Assembly: GCF_037042905.1 (NCBI RefSeq)
Contig: NC_087263.1
Coordinates: 8,434,001-8,498,000 of the forward strand
Reading direction: 5' to 3'
DNA from: Lytechinus pictus
Taxonomy: Eukaryota
Length of the DNA stretch: 64,000 nucleotides
Shown: piece after piece, positions 1-15,000 of the stretch
Numbering within the stretch: the first letter of the stretch is position 1
How the letters are laid out: every line of letters starts with the position of its first letter
Notes under the pieces: generated by a model
Seen by the model: the letters and a program-made list of their open reading frames with translations, nothing else
Database searches by the model: none
Told to the model about the DNA's origin: nothing
Translations under genes and position numbers: made by a program

Positions 1-3000
1 CATACTTGTTTTTATGAAGATCGTTTTACCGCTACTAGAGAAAAGACGAATCCAGGCACTGCAATCATTTCATGCACATTCGCTACCAATTCAGACGGTG
101 GTCTCTCCATGAGAGCTGCTATTGGGGACTTCTCAACTGAAAGCTTCGTTACTGCTTCTACTGACTCAAGCGATGGATCATCGATGCAATCGAACTTTAC
201 ATTTTCCGTTGATGACATAGAAACTAAAACGATTTACTGTTTCGTTGGGAATTCAACCAGTGACGATGGATTTGCTTATATCAGCTTGCTCCCTCAGGAG
301 ACATTTGGTAGGTTCTGTATCATTTAAGAATGAACTTTTTTTAAGAATCCTTGCAACGAATATTTACATGTATATACATGATAAAAGTAGTTTTGAGTGT
401 GATCGACTTTTCTGCGCCACAGTCATGCGAGTGAAATTTGTAGTGAGGAAGGCTATATATTTATAAGATTTTCGGATAAATCATTTTGCATTGGACATTG
501 TGGAGGATTATCTGTATGTGCTTTGTCCACGAGCCATATATCCACAAACTTCGGTTAAAGAGATATCGACGAATGTTGTTACACATATAGCTATACATTA
601 AAAGGAATGTGTAATATACGTTGGTATCATGAAATTAATGGAATAGGGTGGGAAAGTTTTAAAGCTGATTAGGACTAAAGCCCAGGGTAATTAGTAATGC
701 TTTAATGGAAACATAATTCGAGACATTTGACACAGTTTGAAATTAGATTACCCGGGCCAAATTGGGTCTATGGTTCATTCCTGTCCGAAAAATGAAATTT
801 ATTACATTTATAGCCAAATTATTTCAAATATTTATGTCCATTTCAGTTCTTCCGGTCTTCAACAGCCAGCCTAGGTTAGCGGAGCAAGGTTACAATTATC
901 TGGTTATTGCATGGGATTCTTGGAACCCTGGCGTTGATGTTGGAGATGGCCCTGTCATCGGTTATAAAGTATACGTTACCTCTTCGGATGGAAACGAAAC
1001 AGTCACTTTTATTACCGCATCAGGTGTCCCAATAGAGAGGGGATCTTCAAGAAGAAAACGAGAAGATGCACGATGGATGAATTCTCTAAAGGTCGGACCT
1101 CTAGGGAATGTGTCATCAAGGAAGAAGAGACAAGGGGATGCAGGAACACTGATGCACAACGTTACTGGTCTGGATGATGGTCAGTCGTATCTGATTCAGA
1201 TTTCAGCAGTTCGTGATGGTCTGAACGGCGAAGGTGAAAAGGGTCCAGCTCTTAGTGTGACAACTCGAAAAATAGGTAAGATTTCCCTCAGTTCGATCTA
1301 GTGCATTTGCCATGGACTTGACGTACGAAGACAAAACTCGTTGTGTTGCGATTTCTATTAATATGGTGTGCATCACCATATGAGGGGATATGCATTCAAA
1401 GCCAAAGTGAGACATTAAAGGGATGGTCCGGGCTGAAAGTATTTATAGCTTAATAAATAGAGTAGAATTCACTGAGCAAAATGCCGAAAATTTCATCAAA
1501 ATCGGATAACAAATAACAAAGTTATTGAATTTTAAAGTTTAGCAATATTTTGTGAAAACAGTTGTCATGAATATTCATTAGGTGGGCTGATGATGTCACA
1601 TCCCCACTTGTTCTTTTGTATTTTATTATATGAAATTAGGTTTATTCAAATTTTTTCCTCCAAGAGCTAGAAAAATTGGATTGACAACTGATTTAGTGCG
1701 TTAGATATTTATTGCTCCAACTTATTTCATTATAAGGGAGACGTATTATTCACACAAGTATGAAATAATGAAAAAAATATGATTTGATGTAATAAGGAAA
1801 CGGAAAGTGGAGATGTGACATCATCAGCCCACCTAATGAATATTCATGACGACTGTTTGCACAAAATATTGCTAAACTTTAAACTTCAATAACTTTATTA
1901 TTTGTTATCCGATTTTGAAGAAATTTTCGGCATTTTGCTCAGTGAGTTCTACTCTATGTATTAAGATATAAATATTTTCAGCCCGGACCACCCCTTTAAT
2001 GATTTTGTTGGATTCACTTGATTGATTCTCACTTGCGCAATATTATCTATACATTCTTTCTCATTAACAGAACCCCCTCCGGGACCTTCTGCAACTGGTG
2101 CTGCTGTAGGTGGAGCAGTCGGTGGAATAATCTTCCTCGTGCTGCTGATTGTCATCATAATAATTGTACTACGATGGAGAAGGTAAACCTGGGGCTCGTC
2201 TTACAAAGAGTTGTGATCGATCCGATCAATCGCAACTATGGAAAGCCAGGAAAGTCAACATATAAAATGCATGTTTGTTTAATAAATCTTCTAGATATAA
2301 TGTTTATCCGTGAATTCATTGATTTCTTGACAATTCGGTGTGTTCTCCTAGTGTTTAAAAAAGACATTTTGCAAATTTCCTGTATAAAAAAATATGACAC
2401 TGATAGATTTTCATAGAGTTATGATTGATTGGATAAATCGTAACTCTTTTTAAGACAGGGTCCTGCTGCCTCGATATTTGATCATTCATATTTGATCAAT
2501 ATAACGAACCCTTATACTTGATTATATAGCAATAAACACTTACTTTATGAGAAGGGCTGTAACGGCTCACAGTAATGCAGCATAACTACCCTGGATTAGG
2601 TAGAGCAGCTGTTACGCGGACTTTGTTTCAAGAAATGAACTCCTGCCAGGTTCTCCATTTACCTCGCCTGGGTTGAGTGCGTCAAAAGGTGGATCAATTT
2701 CTTGCTGAAGGAAACTACGCCATGGCTGGGTTAAGGGTACACGTCCCTCTGTTTCATATTCCACAGACCAATCCATTTGGGCAAAACGCTCTACAAATAT
2801 AAGACTATTATATCCCCGATGTACTGTTGTTTGTGCATGTTAAAAATAATTTCAGGGTATATAATATTAGGCAATGAAAAGTTTATGCACCTAACATTGG
2901 AGCCCTAACTTTTATATCACGTTTCAACCCAAATTTAAAAAAAAATCACTGTCATACCCTGTGACATTCAGATTTTGTTCACAGCAGACTGTTTATATAT

Positions 3001-6000
3001 ATTTTTTTTTAATAGAAATGTGTTTACAAAAATGTTTTGGCTGATTATATACCCTTTAATTCATTCATATTTTCCCCCTGTGTTTATTTGTTCCCCTTAT
3101 TTTGCCATTATCGTAAAACGCTTTCATTTTCTTTCTTGTTTTTAGAAGAAAACCTCGCCCTAAGCCGGTTTCCTACTCATATGATAATGATTACATTGGC
3201 GGCATTTCAACAGGTATACTCACGTTGTTTATTTATTTCGCTGGGCACATCAGTTGTTGAGATTTACCCATTTGTGTATATTCTAGTGGCAATTCAATAT
3301 AGACACGAGATTATGTCAGTATGGTACCATCGGAATTTCGATTTTGATTACTAAGTAGCAACTGAACCATGTTAACATGGCAGGTACCATAATGACAAAG
3401 TGATCAATATTTCATGCCACCGTAAGGATATCGCCTGCACATTCCAAACCATATCACAAGTCATTAAGGATGCTAGACAAAGCTGACACCAAAGGATGAA
3501 GGGAAATAGCAATTTTCGATGGTAACATAATCCCCGGCGAAATTCAGGAATCATGGGCCTAATAAATGAATATTGATTCAGTCTCAATTTTCCCAGGTAC
3601 TTTGCCATAAGTAGGATATATATGTATGTACAGATGTATATATATAGAGAGAGTTGTCCCTTCTCCGAGAGACTTTTACTTACGGGATGAACTGAAAAAG
3701 CTACTGAAATGAGATCGAATTTCGGCACATCGAAAATTTGTTTGTCATAATGCCAAGTGTGATTGATTAATATTTTAGGATGCACACTTTACAAAGATTA
3801 AGTATTATAGGAGCCAATATTTATTAGGATTTGAGAAACTGTAATTACTTTTAATGACGGTGCAAATACGTTTCATTGTTTTCTATCGTCCGTTATTGAA
3901 CGTTATCCAGATCTCGCATAATACTCACTGCTTTAAGTTTGGATCGTACAATTAATTATTGTCTTGGATGTAACACTCAAGATATCGTAATAAATTTAAA
4001 CACCTGAAATGAATAAAACTGAATTTGGTGCATGAAAAGGTACAGTAATTTCCTTTATTTAATAGGCTGATTTAGACTGAGTTAAGGAAATACTGTTTAG
4101 AGTTTAAAACTAATAATAACTTCTCAATTAAAGTTTCGTAGTCTTAATTACAACCCGTAACACCCATATCCACCGTTTTCACGTCACTGCAGAGGATGAA
4201 ACTGGAAAATCTAACACACCAAACTCCACTGACACACTAAAATCAACTCTAAATGTGACACCAAATAAACCTGTCGTACGACCAAAGCCCTCTATCGCAG
4301 CCGAACCGCCGGTGACTTCCAACGGTGTAGACCATGCTGATGTGCCGGTCTCCGGGTCAAAAGAACCGCCAAAGGAGCGTCATCCAATACCAATGTCGCA
4401 GTTTGCCACACTAGTTCAGAACAATAGATATACAGATATGTTCTACGAAGAATTCCATGTAAGTATGTTTATTTCATATACATGTAGTTATCTACCTAGA
4501 GGTGTTTGTTTCCCCTGCCACATTATGACAAAAGATTCAAAGACTCAAAATATATTTTTTAAAGATACCTACTGTGAATAGCAACTAATTTTGTTGCAGA
4601 AATTTTGGATTTGACGATGGATGAAACAAATATGCCTGATTAGAAACAAAATGGTTTATTTGGAGTAAAAAAAATAGTCATTTTACATTGTCATTATCAT
4701 TCGTCGAGTAATTTATTTATTTGCTTATCCAAACAATGCTTGAATGGAGCTTTGCGTCTGACAAAATTGCATGATTATTCTTAACAAAAAGTAAGTATGA
4801 TCTAAATAAATGAATTCAGAATTAGAGTTTAGAACAGAATGTTTATACTAAAATTATGATATGATATATGTATTGCATAATACTGGAACAACTAATGAGA
4901 AATCAAAGGTTTGTATTTAAGCGCTTAACGATGAGTTTGGCAAACGTTATATGTTATATTCATGTGAAACTGTTATCAGTATTATCAAAATCATCATGAT
5001 CACAAATTTATTAAACTACAGAAAGAAGACAACGCTTCGAATATTGAAAGAATATAATTGCAAAAGTTTAATGTTCTAATGTGCTTTGCAGTAAATCTTT
5101 GGAAAACTAAAACGATATCCTTAAATCTTTCCAAAATCAGTGCCTACCTGAAGCAAACATCTTTCCTCAAACGGTTGCCAAGAAGAAGATCAACTTTGAG
5201 AAGAACAGATACAAGAATATCTTGCCATGTAAGTAAGATCACCCGTAACACAAATGTTAGCGATTAATAGCTAATATGAAAGAACAAATGTGAATGGTTT
5301 CTAGTCAGTTAGGGAGCCCGGCTCTGAGGTGTGATACGGCTATCACAGCAGAATGTGTAGAAACACTACTTAATTGTTGTAAGTTGTATGAAAAGCAGAG
5401 AATATGCAGTTAAATCTTCAATTTAATACAGAATAAACAAGTAAAATAATGTTTTTATAGACTGACTTGATCATAACACGTCATATATAAATGGTATTTC
5501 TCTTGTATCTGATTTTAAAACAAAAACAAATAATTGTCTACATAGCTTTAGCAACATAAGCTTAACATCCTTCAAGGACATATCGAGTGCAATAATAAAG
5601 GTCGAGCATTTTGTACCCTGAAGTAATATTTTTACTAAACTTCATAATTCCTTAAAAATTAATCGTGCATCTTCAACAACAACGGTCTTTCGTTCATTCC
5701 TCCCTTATATGTACATGTAAATAATATGGATTCTTCGTGTGCCCAAACCGAAGGCGCCTCATTCATGTCGCTTTGCACGACTGGGTATTTCGATAACGTA
5801 ACATTCACGTGTACACATATGCCATCTTTTCACGTGCACACCTCATTCATGTTATAACTTGACTCATCTATTTCTGTTACTTTAACTCCGTATTTCATCG
5901 TGCCACTCAGCTTAAAAGATGATATAAATAATTAATCGTAAGATAGCAAATTATTCTACTCACGTCATTTGGGCTTGTATCACGAAATAAACGAAATAAA

Positions 6001-9000
6001 ACACAAGCTATCGGCAACATTTTCCCACGACGAGGAAAAGTTAGCGACACGCCCCCAAGCGGTCAAATTCAAATCTAATTTATCATCGCTCCCATTTTCC
6101 CACGACGAGGAAAATTAAGCGAAGCGCCCCAAGCGGTCAAATTAAAATCTATTTTATCGTCGCTCGATCCTGGCTTTACAAATTTGAAAAAAAAAAAGAA
6201 ATTATGAAACTTTATCCTCTACACGACATTAGCAATACTGCAATTAATATAATAATGCATAATTTCAATTATGATGTATGTTGATGTGAAAAGAGAATAC
6301 TTCCATAACAATTGCTGCTCAAAAGGGATGAACAATCATGACGCGCGACAGGCATTATTAACATTCCAAAACTGGAAAAAGTATTCTTTCGTAAGAAGTT
6401 GAGATAAACACATTCCAACAATACGCTCTTGTGATATCGAATTATGTATTTCCTGTAATCATCAAACTTTCCTCACATCTTTCTTTATTTCAGCCCTCTA
6501 GTCCCCTCTCACCATCCTTCCATTGTAAACAAACATTCACACACGCACACACACTCTGGAAGGAATATTTAGTTATTGCATTAAAAATATTTAGTGTGCT
6601 GGTGTATAGTCCAATTGTTATTATATATCGTTTAGTACTTTTTATCTTTTGTGCATGCATTTGAAACTATGAGAAAATATTAGGCCCTATGCTGGGATTC
6701 ATGGACCAAGAAATAATCTTGAATCTCTCACACAGATTCCTCATGCAACTCTATTTCACTCTATGAGTCTCTTCTTCACATCACCACCCATTTTAACCCA
6801 CACCCCCTCTCTCCCGCTCGTTTTCTCTCACTCTCTCTCTCTCCTTTGGTTCTATATTAACCTAATCTCCGTGTCTTACTTTGATATTAGACGATTCATC
6901 AAGAGTTGTCCTGCCGATCATAAACGAAGACCCAGAATCCCATTACTTCAACGCTTCATATCTGCCGGTAAATAAAAACCCTTTTCTATATATTGCTCTC
7001 TACAAACACGACAAAGAATGTTTTCTCTGTTTTTTTTATGGGTTTTTTTGCGTAAAATGAAATGTTCTTATCCCTTTTTTAACAATGGGCATTGAAATTG
7101 ATTATTTTGTTTATTGCTTATCTTTATTTTGCCCTCTTCCCTTTTCTCTTTTACTTCCAGAGCTTTGTAAATGAGCACGCTTACATAGCCTCACAAGGTA
7201 AAGTTGTATTTACTCTTCTGATGTTTCCAGTTTTCGTTCATAGGCCTACTGATCAAAATACCATGGGATACTAGGACCATTTGCCATAGACATTCAAAGA
7301 AGCATTTTACATGCATCATGTGCATGAGAGAATACTATTTTGTATGATAACAAAAACAAATATTTTCGGGGCGTATTTATTATCTGTAATCTACGTTGGT
7401 TACCAATACCTTTTTCTTTTTTTGTAAATCTTTCTGTTCATAATAGCTAAAGAGGCACAACTTAGATCTCAAATATCATATAGAAACAACATGAATATAA
7501 TAATGAATTATGGATACATCGTAATGATTAATATGACTTCTTCCCAGTCTCAACAATTCACTTTCGTACAGATTGGAGGTTTTTAGGGCAACAAAATTAG
7601 ATACTTATTTCGAAAAGGTCATTGATTTGCTTGCTTGCTTGCTTGCTACCCTCGCTCGTGACTATTTTATGTTCCCCTTGTGATATACTCGCCACCATCA
7701 GGAATTTGTCTCATTACGCCGTAAATAGTAAGGAAGATTTTCTGTGTTCTGTATGATGAGATTTGAAATACTAAAAACGAGAATGGTGACCTATATCGAT
7801 TTTTTTTTCAAGGCCCGAATAATGCGAGCATGATTGATTTCTGGCGGATGGTATGGCTGGAGAATGTAAAAACAATTGCCATGGTCACGAACCTCCAAGA
7901 AGGAAACAAGGTTGGTAGCAAAATTTCAAACTCATTCTCTTCCCGAGTTTGAAACCGTAGGTATCACATTCACGCCTGCATGTTGGTATGTAGGCATATT
8001 TGTCTGGTGTACATTGATATATCTAATAGTATAGTATAATAGCGTAGTATAGTATCAATTTTCCGTACAAAAACAACCGAAAAGGGGATGGATAACCCAT
8101 ATAAATATATTTATATATAATAATAATAATAATATAGGGTATTCATATTGCGCACATATCCACCTTGTTAGGTGCTCAAGGCGCTCCTATATTACCCGGC
8201 TAAGCTAGGCGTTCATAGCGCACACAGCTTTTTAAGGAATTACTTCCTACCGGTACCCATTTACCTCACCTGGGTTGAGTGCAGCACAGTGTGGATCAGT
8301 TTCTTGCTGAAGGAAATTACGCCATGGCTGGGATATAAACCCCTCATATATAAACCCCTCAAAAAAAGTTAATTTCTCCCAACTCCCAATTTTACACAAT
8401 GCATATTTGATATCATTAAAAAGGTCATTTAATTTTCTTTAAAATGATACCATGCTTGTTATGATCATTCATGCCGTTTCGAAAAGAGCAGGATTCAAAA
8501 GTGTTGGATGATGTCTGAATTGAAAAGCTTCAAAACGAGCAGAAATAGCCATGAGGGGTATGATTCTTTTGTCTGTGTCCATTCAAATCAAGCCCCTGCT
8601 CCTTCAATTTTGATGTTTTCTTGTGGTTTAAGTAGCGAGGTGTGAGATAATATGGCTTGAGTCGTGGTTTGTAATACACATGCATGATTGTTTTGTGTTT
8701 GATTGTGCAGAGGTGTGTTTGATTCCACGTTAATGTTGATGTTAAGGTGCCTGAAAACAAAAGAAACCGCTGATAAACTCTCCCATCACAACTGGGAAAA
8801 AAAGAATAGTGACTTTCAATATTGTGTAATTTTGCAACTTTCGCCCTACATTTCAAGGCACTGCATCTCCATGTGTACCATAATAATATCATGTAGGGTA
8901 TCATCTTAACGAAAATTAAATGTTCCATTCATTGGTATCAATCACGCCTTAATATTTACTTAAACCGAGGAGGGATTATCGATCAAAGTCAGATTTCCAA

Positions 9001-12000
9001 ACTTTTTTTGAGGAGTTCATATATATATGTACAACAGCTTTTGGAAACTCTTGTACAGTATTTGAATATGCAGAAGTGAATGAAGAAAACAACGGTAGGC
9101 GTAGCTTGAATTAAGATTTCCCAGAGCTATCTGCCCTTTGGAAAAACTGGTGATGCCGAAAACATGTCTCTGCCGGGAATCGAACCCGGGGCCCCAGCTT
9201 TGAACGCCGGTGCCGTAATCACTAGACCACAGAGTGATGGGTTAGTGGTGGCTAGGGCGACCCCGATCCGATTGACCGTCAGATAAACAGATTTCGACAC
9301 CACCAATTAAATTTCCTTTGTCGGGCGTAGGTGTATTTTGAACAATGACAAGCCGCCATGCCTCAGCTGGATCAAAGCTATTGCTTGGATTCAGTACATG
9401 TATGGGACAGATTATGCAAATGTGAGACATTATACATGTACAACAGCTTTTGGAAACTCTTGTATTTAAATATATTGTGACAAAAGTGAATGAAGAGAAC
9501 AACGTTAGGCGTAGCTTGAATCAAGATTTCCCAGATCTATCTGCCCTTTGGAAAAACAGGTGATGCCGAAAACATGTCTCTGCCGGGAATCGAACCGGGG
9601 CCCCAGGTTTGAATGACGGTGCCTTAATCACTAGACCACAGAGATGGGTTAGTGGCTAGTGCATTGTTCAAAACACACCCACGCCCGACAAAGGAAATTT
9701 AATCGGTGGTATCGAGAATCTGTTTATCCGACGGTCTAGTGTTAGTGACTGTGGTCTAGTGGTTAAGGCACCGGCGTTCAAAGCTGGGACCCCGGTGTCG
9801 ATTCCCGGCAGAGGCCTGTTTTTGGCATCGCCATTTTTTTTTCAAAGGGCATGCAGATAGCTCTGGGAAACCTTGATTTAAGTTACGCCTACTGTTGTTC
9901 TCTCCATTCACTTCTGTCACAATATAAACGGGCATGTTGGCTCAGTGGTAGAGCGTCCGCCTCATGAACGGGAGGTCGTGGGTTTGATCCCCGGCTCAGT
10001 CATACCAAAGACTTAAAAAAATTGGACCTTCTGCCTTGCTTGGCGCTCAGCATTTAGACCGGAGAAGGGTAATAATAACATCTTATGTTATGCAGGGCCC
10101 GCTGGAAGAGCAGCCTTATGATTGAAGTGGCTACCCTGGGTAAATAAAACGTTATTATTATTATTATTATAAATATATATATTAATATATAAATATATAT
10201 ATATCCTCTCTTGAAGAATGTCTATGAGGTCTGGTGGGTAAGCCACCATCATTCGAAGCTGGGGCAAGGGTTCGATTCCCAGTAGAGTCGCCCTTTTTGC
10301 CTGACCAAAATTTCAAAAGGGAGGATAGCTCTAGGGAACTAATTCTCTATCCCAATTTCTTTCACAACATAACATAGGGCCTATACTCATTTAGGATTAC
10401 AAAGACTTATTATGAATCTAATGTATAATGCAATCATGATTCCTCATTTTCATTCAGATAAAATGTCGTCAATACTGGCCTGAATCGAAATCTGTGACCT
10501 TTGGTGAAATCCTTGTAAAGTTGGAGTCTGTTACGAATTGTACCGGAGGATTAAAGAGAACAATGTACTTGACAAAGGTATGTGTGTAGAAAGTAATTAA
10601 GGTAATTCAAGTTTAGCAGTAGAGACAAAGGAGAGATACAACATATACATCAATCAGATATATTCTACCCGTATCTAAGTTTAGGGGAATGTCTCGTGTA
10701 ACGATATTACTTGATAGTTCACGACTAAACGCTTCGAAACTTTGGGGTTAGGTCTCTATAATCTGAGAATATTTTCAAAGAGCAGATTTTTTTTTATTAG
10801 TAGATATTTGTTTGTTGAAAATAGAAACCGAGGTACATTTCCGTTATCGCACAATAGTTCCCCATTGAGTGTGGCCGAAGGAATTTCACGAAATCCGAAT
10901 GACGCTTAAAGATATTTGTAAAAAAAAATAAATAAATAATTAAATTGTGTTCCTGAAATTAATTGATTACAAAAGTTAAATGAAGACAAGAATACTGCTC
11001 ATGTTTACCCATTAATTTATTAATAAAGATCAATGCCAAATATTATAACCTTTGCAACAACGTTTACATATTAATTCGTATGATATTTATCCATATATTC
11101 GCAAAAGACCCCCCGGATACTAAATTCGGGGCGGATAATTTCAAAGAAAAATATCAAGGATACCACCGTTTGATCTCTGTGAAAACTGCTCTCCTACATA
11201 ATTGTGTAATATGATATTTCTATAAAATTGCATTTTAGAAATATCACTTAATCATGACATTGTAGAATATAGTATTGATTTAAATAATTTGACATGAAAG
11301 GCACTACAAAATTGTGTCAAGGATCATCAATTGACATTCTTTTAAGTTAATTAGTGTCTTTGATGTGAATAATTTATATTTTTATAGGGTGCCGACACCA
11401 AAGTTGTGAACCAGTTCCACTTTACTCAGTGGCCAGACAAAGCAGTTCCAAACAGCACAAGTGCTCTGCTTAGATTTATTGATGAAGTGCAGAAGGATCA
11501 TAGTCAAAATGACTCTCCTCTACTGGTTCATTGCAGGTAATTACACAATCTAACCATTTTATCCATCCCCTAGTCGGACTACTTTATTAATTGTCATTCA
11601 ATCCTCCTTTTAAATGATGACATGATAAAGAATATTTATTAATTTTCATTTCTATATTTTGGTTATTCCATGTATCACCTTCGCCACCACTTTTACTTTT
11701 TATTCACACGATATACCTCTCAATTCAACTCAATAAATTTATTGACATGTAATATTTAAAAAAACATGAATTTCCTCAAACCCTTGATTCGTTACATAAA
11801 AGTACTTTTAAGTGCATGGGAAAAGTTTATCCCATTTGGAACACAAACCACAAATCTTTATTCCATGCTATTTAATGGATCCCTCCATTTCCTCAGGTTT
11901 ACTTTAGCAAAACAATAGATAAAAATACGAATCTTATATCTTTGTTTCTGCTCGTCATTGATAATATTTTAGTCATAATTATTATATTGTATATCCATGT

Positions 12001-15000
12001 AGTGCTGGAGTTGGAAGGACTGGTGTTGTGTTGAGCATCGACAGTGTGGTAGCTGAAGCAAAGAGAACAAATCAAGTGGATATCTTTGGATACGTGTCCA
12101 AGATGAGACAACACCGTCCTTACATGGTGCAGACACAGGTAGGTGGTTGGTTACGTAATACAAGTATTATTATAATCTTGTTCGGTAAGAACCGATACTC
12201 CATATTTTATGTTCATTACTTCACATACCTTTGTTTTCATGATTTATATGATTTATCAATATAGGAGATCTAAGCACAACCAGTACCTTTTAGATACATG
12301 AAGGTAAATAAAATGATTGTGAAGTTTTAAAACAGACCTGTTTTTTTTATTAATATCGCGGCTAGTTTAGCCGAATCTCAAATTCACTAAAATAAGTAGC
12401 ATATTGCTTTTCAATATTGGTCTCACATTTTTTATTTATTGCAATGACGTCTCCAAGAAAGCAAAATAAGTACAATTTTATACAATTTAAATATTTTTGA
12501 TAAACGTGTTTTTAAAGAATGTCTTCTTATCCATATCAAAATGGTGTAAAGAACCCTGCCAATTTTGTATTGGTTTCCTAATGAAACCCCAAAGGTTTTA
12601 TATTAACCTTAAAAGTTACCTTGTATAACCGCAATGGTCCTAGAACCCCTTCTGCTTCTTTTAAGAACCTTACAAGGTTTCAAATGCGGACAAAGAAAGG
12701 TTCCCGTCAACACCATAAAGGGTACATTGTAGAACCAAAACGGTTGTAAAGGACTATTAAGAACCCCTTTATGCTTCTTTGAAGAACCTTGGTCAAGGTT
12801 TTAAATACGGACAAAGAAAAGTTCCAATCCGCACTGTGTCTTCAAAAGCGTGATATAAAGTAAATTCTAGTCAGTGTATCACTTTTTGAATAAATTCCTT
12901 TTCTAGGAGCAATACAAGTTTGTGTACATTGCAGTCCTGGAAGCTCTCTTGTCTGAAAATACCAGAATCCAAGCCTGCTACTTCGAATCTGCATTGATGA
13001 AACTTCAAGTAGTAACCAGAAACAAAAAAGGGATGTCCACTCTACTGGGCAAACAATTTCAGGTAAGATAAAACAGTCACACCAATAGGTCTATGGTCAC
13101 ACAAAAGAAACCGACTTTAACCAACCATAACGTTTTCGTCCTTCTGCAGTTGGTTTCATCTGCGTGCCTGTCTGCCTGACGCATTACCAAATTCAAACAA
13201 AGTCCATGAATGCCAACGTGACTAGCAACAAACAAGGCACAAGAGTAATTCTGAATCCTAAAATGATAGTTGGATAATTATGTACAAAAATATATTTGCA
13301 TGTTTGAATGTGACTTTCTGCAATATGAATAGTTAGCACAATCAGTCAAAAAATATAAACCCATTTCAAGTACCGACAAGTCTAGTTCATCAGAACCTCA
13401 AATTCAATCAATCATATGCAGCCCAACGCCATTTTAACATGAGAAATCCATGAATTCGAATCAAGGAATGATGAATTGATCAAATGTGACTAGCCACTCC
13501 GAAACAAGTCACCCAAAGTCACCCATAAGTCACCCAAAATGAATAATCAGATTTTGATTGAGCTTGAACAAACTCTTCCTAAACATTAAGATGATATATT
13601 AATTATTGATCGACATTCACCTCATGAGTACTTAATGGAATGGAGAGGAAATTCAGCGAGAGCTCATCAAATAAGGCGAAAAACCAGGTTTTAAGTTCGG
13701 GGTTCATTTGAGCATGAGATGCTTAGTGCAAATTGTGGTCTGTCGACTCAGTGAAACTTCCAAGCAGTCCCAAAAAATTGTGTAAAAAAAACTCTCTTTA
13801 TCCTTTGTTTTCAACTTCACAACTTAATTTTTTCCAGTATAGAGAAGAGATTTGTCCTGTCCGAAAAGCAAATTTTGTAATTGGCTATTTACAGAGAACC
13901 TTGCCTGGCAACTTATTTTTACTTTGGGGTATCTGGTCACAAATATTACTGGTTTCTTGTTTTTTTTACGTGTGTTTTGTAGAACCTGACGATCGTTTGC
14001 CCGGATCCCCCAGCAGCAATGGTAAGATCTGGTACACAGGCTGAAAATCGGTCAAAGAGTCGATATGCCAACATTCTTCCCCGTAAGTAAATACCTTTTT
14101 TATAAAAAAAAAAAATTGGTTTATAATTCAAACAAATATTCTTTACATGATAGACAATTTTTTTTCACTTTTTATCAAAAATGTAATTAAACTGATCCAT
14201 AAAGTTTTAAGTCACAGACATCAGTACATGATACACAACCAAAAAATTGCTCGAATTGGCATGCTTACAATAAAAATATATATATATGATCACTCATCAG
14301 TAAAAATAATAAAACATACAGGTACATTTACGAATTAATATTATATTTGGAATAGATAAATTCATTCTAAAAAATAATTGTGAGTTAGAATCAATAAATA
14401 GAATTAAACTGAATTACAAAACCAACATGCATAAATACAATTTCAAAATGCCGAACAGCAATCGGTCGCTAAAAAGTGGTTCTTTCATACAAATTATTCC
14501 ATCGTTTTCCCCCTCATATCATCACCCGACTAGTGGAAAGGAGCCGTGTTATTCTGCAATCTAGGAACTCTTCGGATTCTGACTTCATCAACGCCAGCTT
14601 CGTTAAGGTATGTTCATTATTGATTGGTCAGATTTTAGTTGCATTCAAAATAAATATTGGGAAAATAATGTATAATGACATTTTTTTCATGATATTGCAT
14701 TTGATTATAGTTTACCATATTGCACGCTTGATACTGATAATTGTTACAAAAATGTTACCCAAGAACCTTTCTCAGTTGAAGGTTACGGAGAGCACCAGTT
14801 ATTACGATTTGAATTGAATTATTTTTATTTGAATTTAATTGTACGAATGTGCAAAATTGCATCATTAGCTGATTAGCGTGCAAAGCGTTAAATAATATTT
14901 CAAGGGTCGACGTTTATATAGCATTCGAATATTAGCCCAAGTCGGAGCAATGGTTTGGATCACATTATGCAACACGAACATCTTTCTGTGATCCTAACAG

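Noticed and set aside
6018..6166. CRISPR-like repeat array
   Set aside because: Eukaryotic intron; only two contiguous units with no unique spacers
9146..9165. Minimal hammerhead ribozyme core (ctggtga..gccgaaa)
   Set aside because: Does not match CUGANGA and is not conserved in the other repeat copies
9165..9236. Genuine selenocysteine tRNA gene
   Set aside because: Standard 7/5 fold, short variable loop, G at position 32, imperfect acceptor stem and multiple repeat copies
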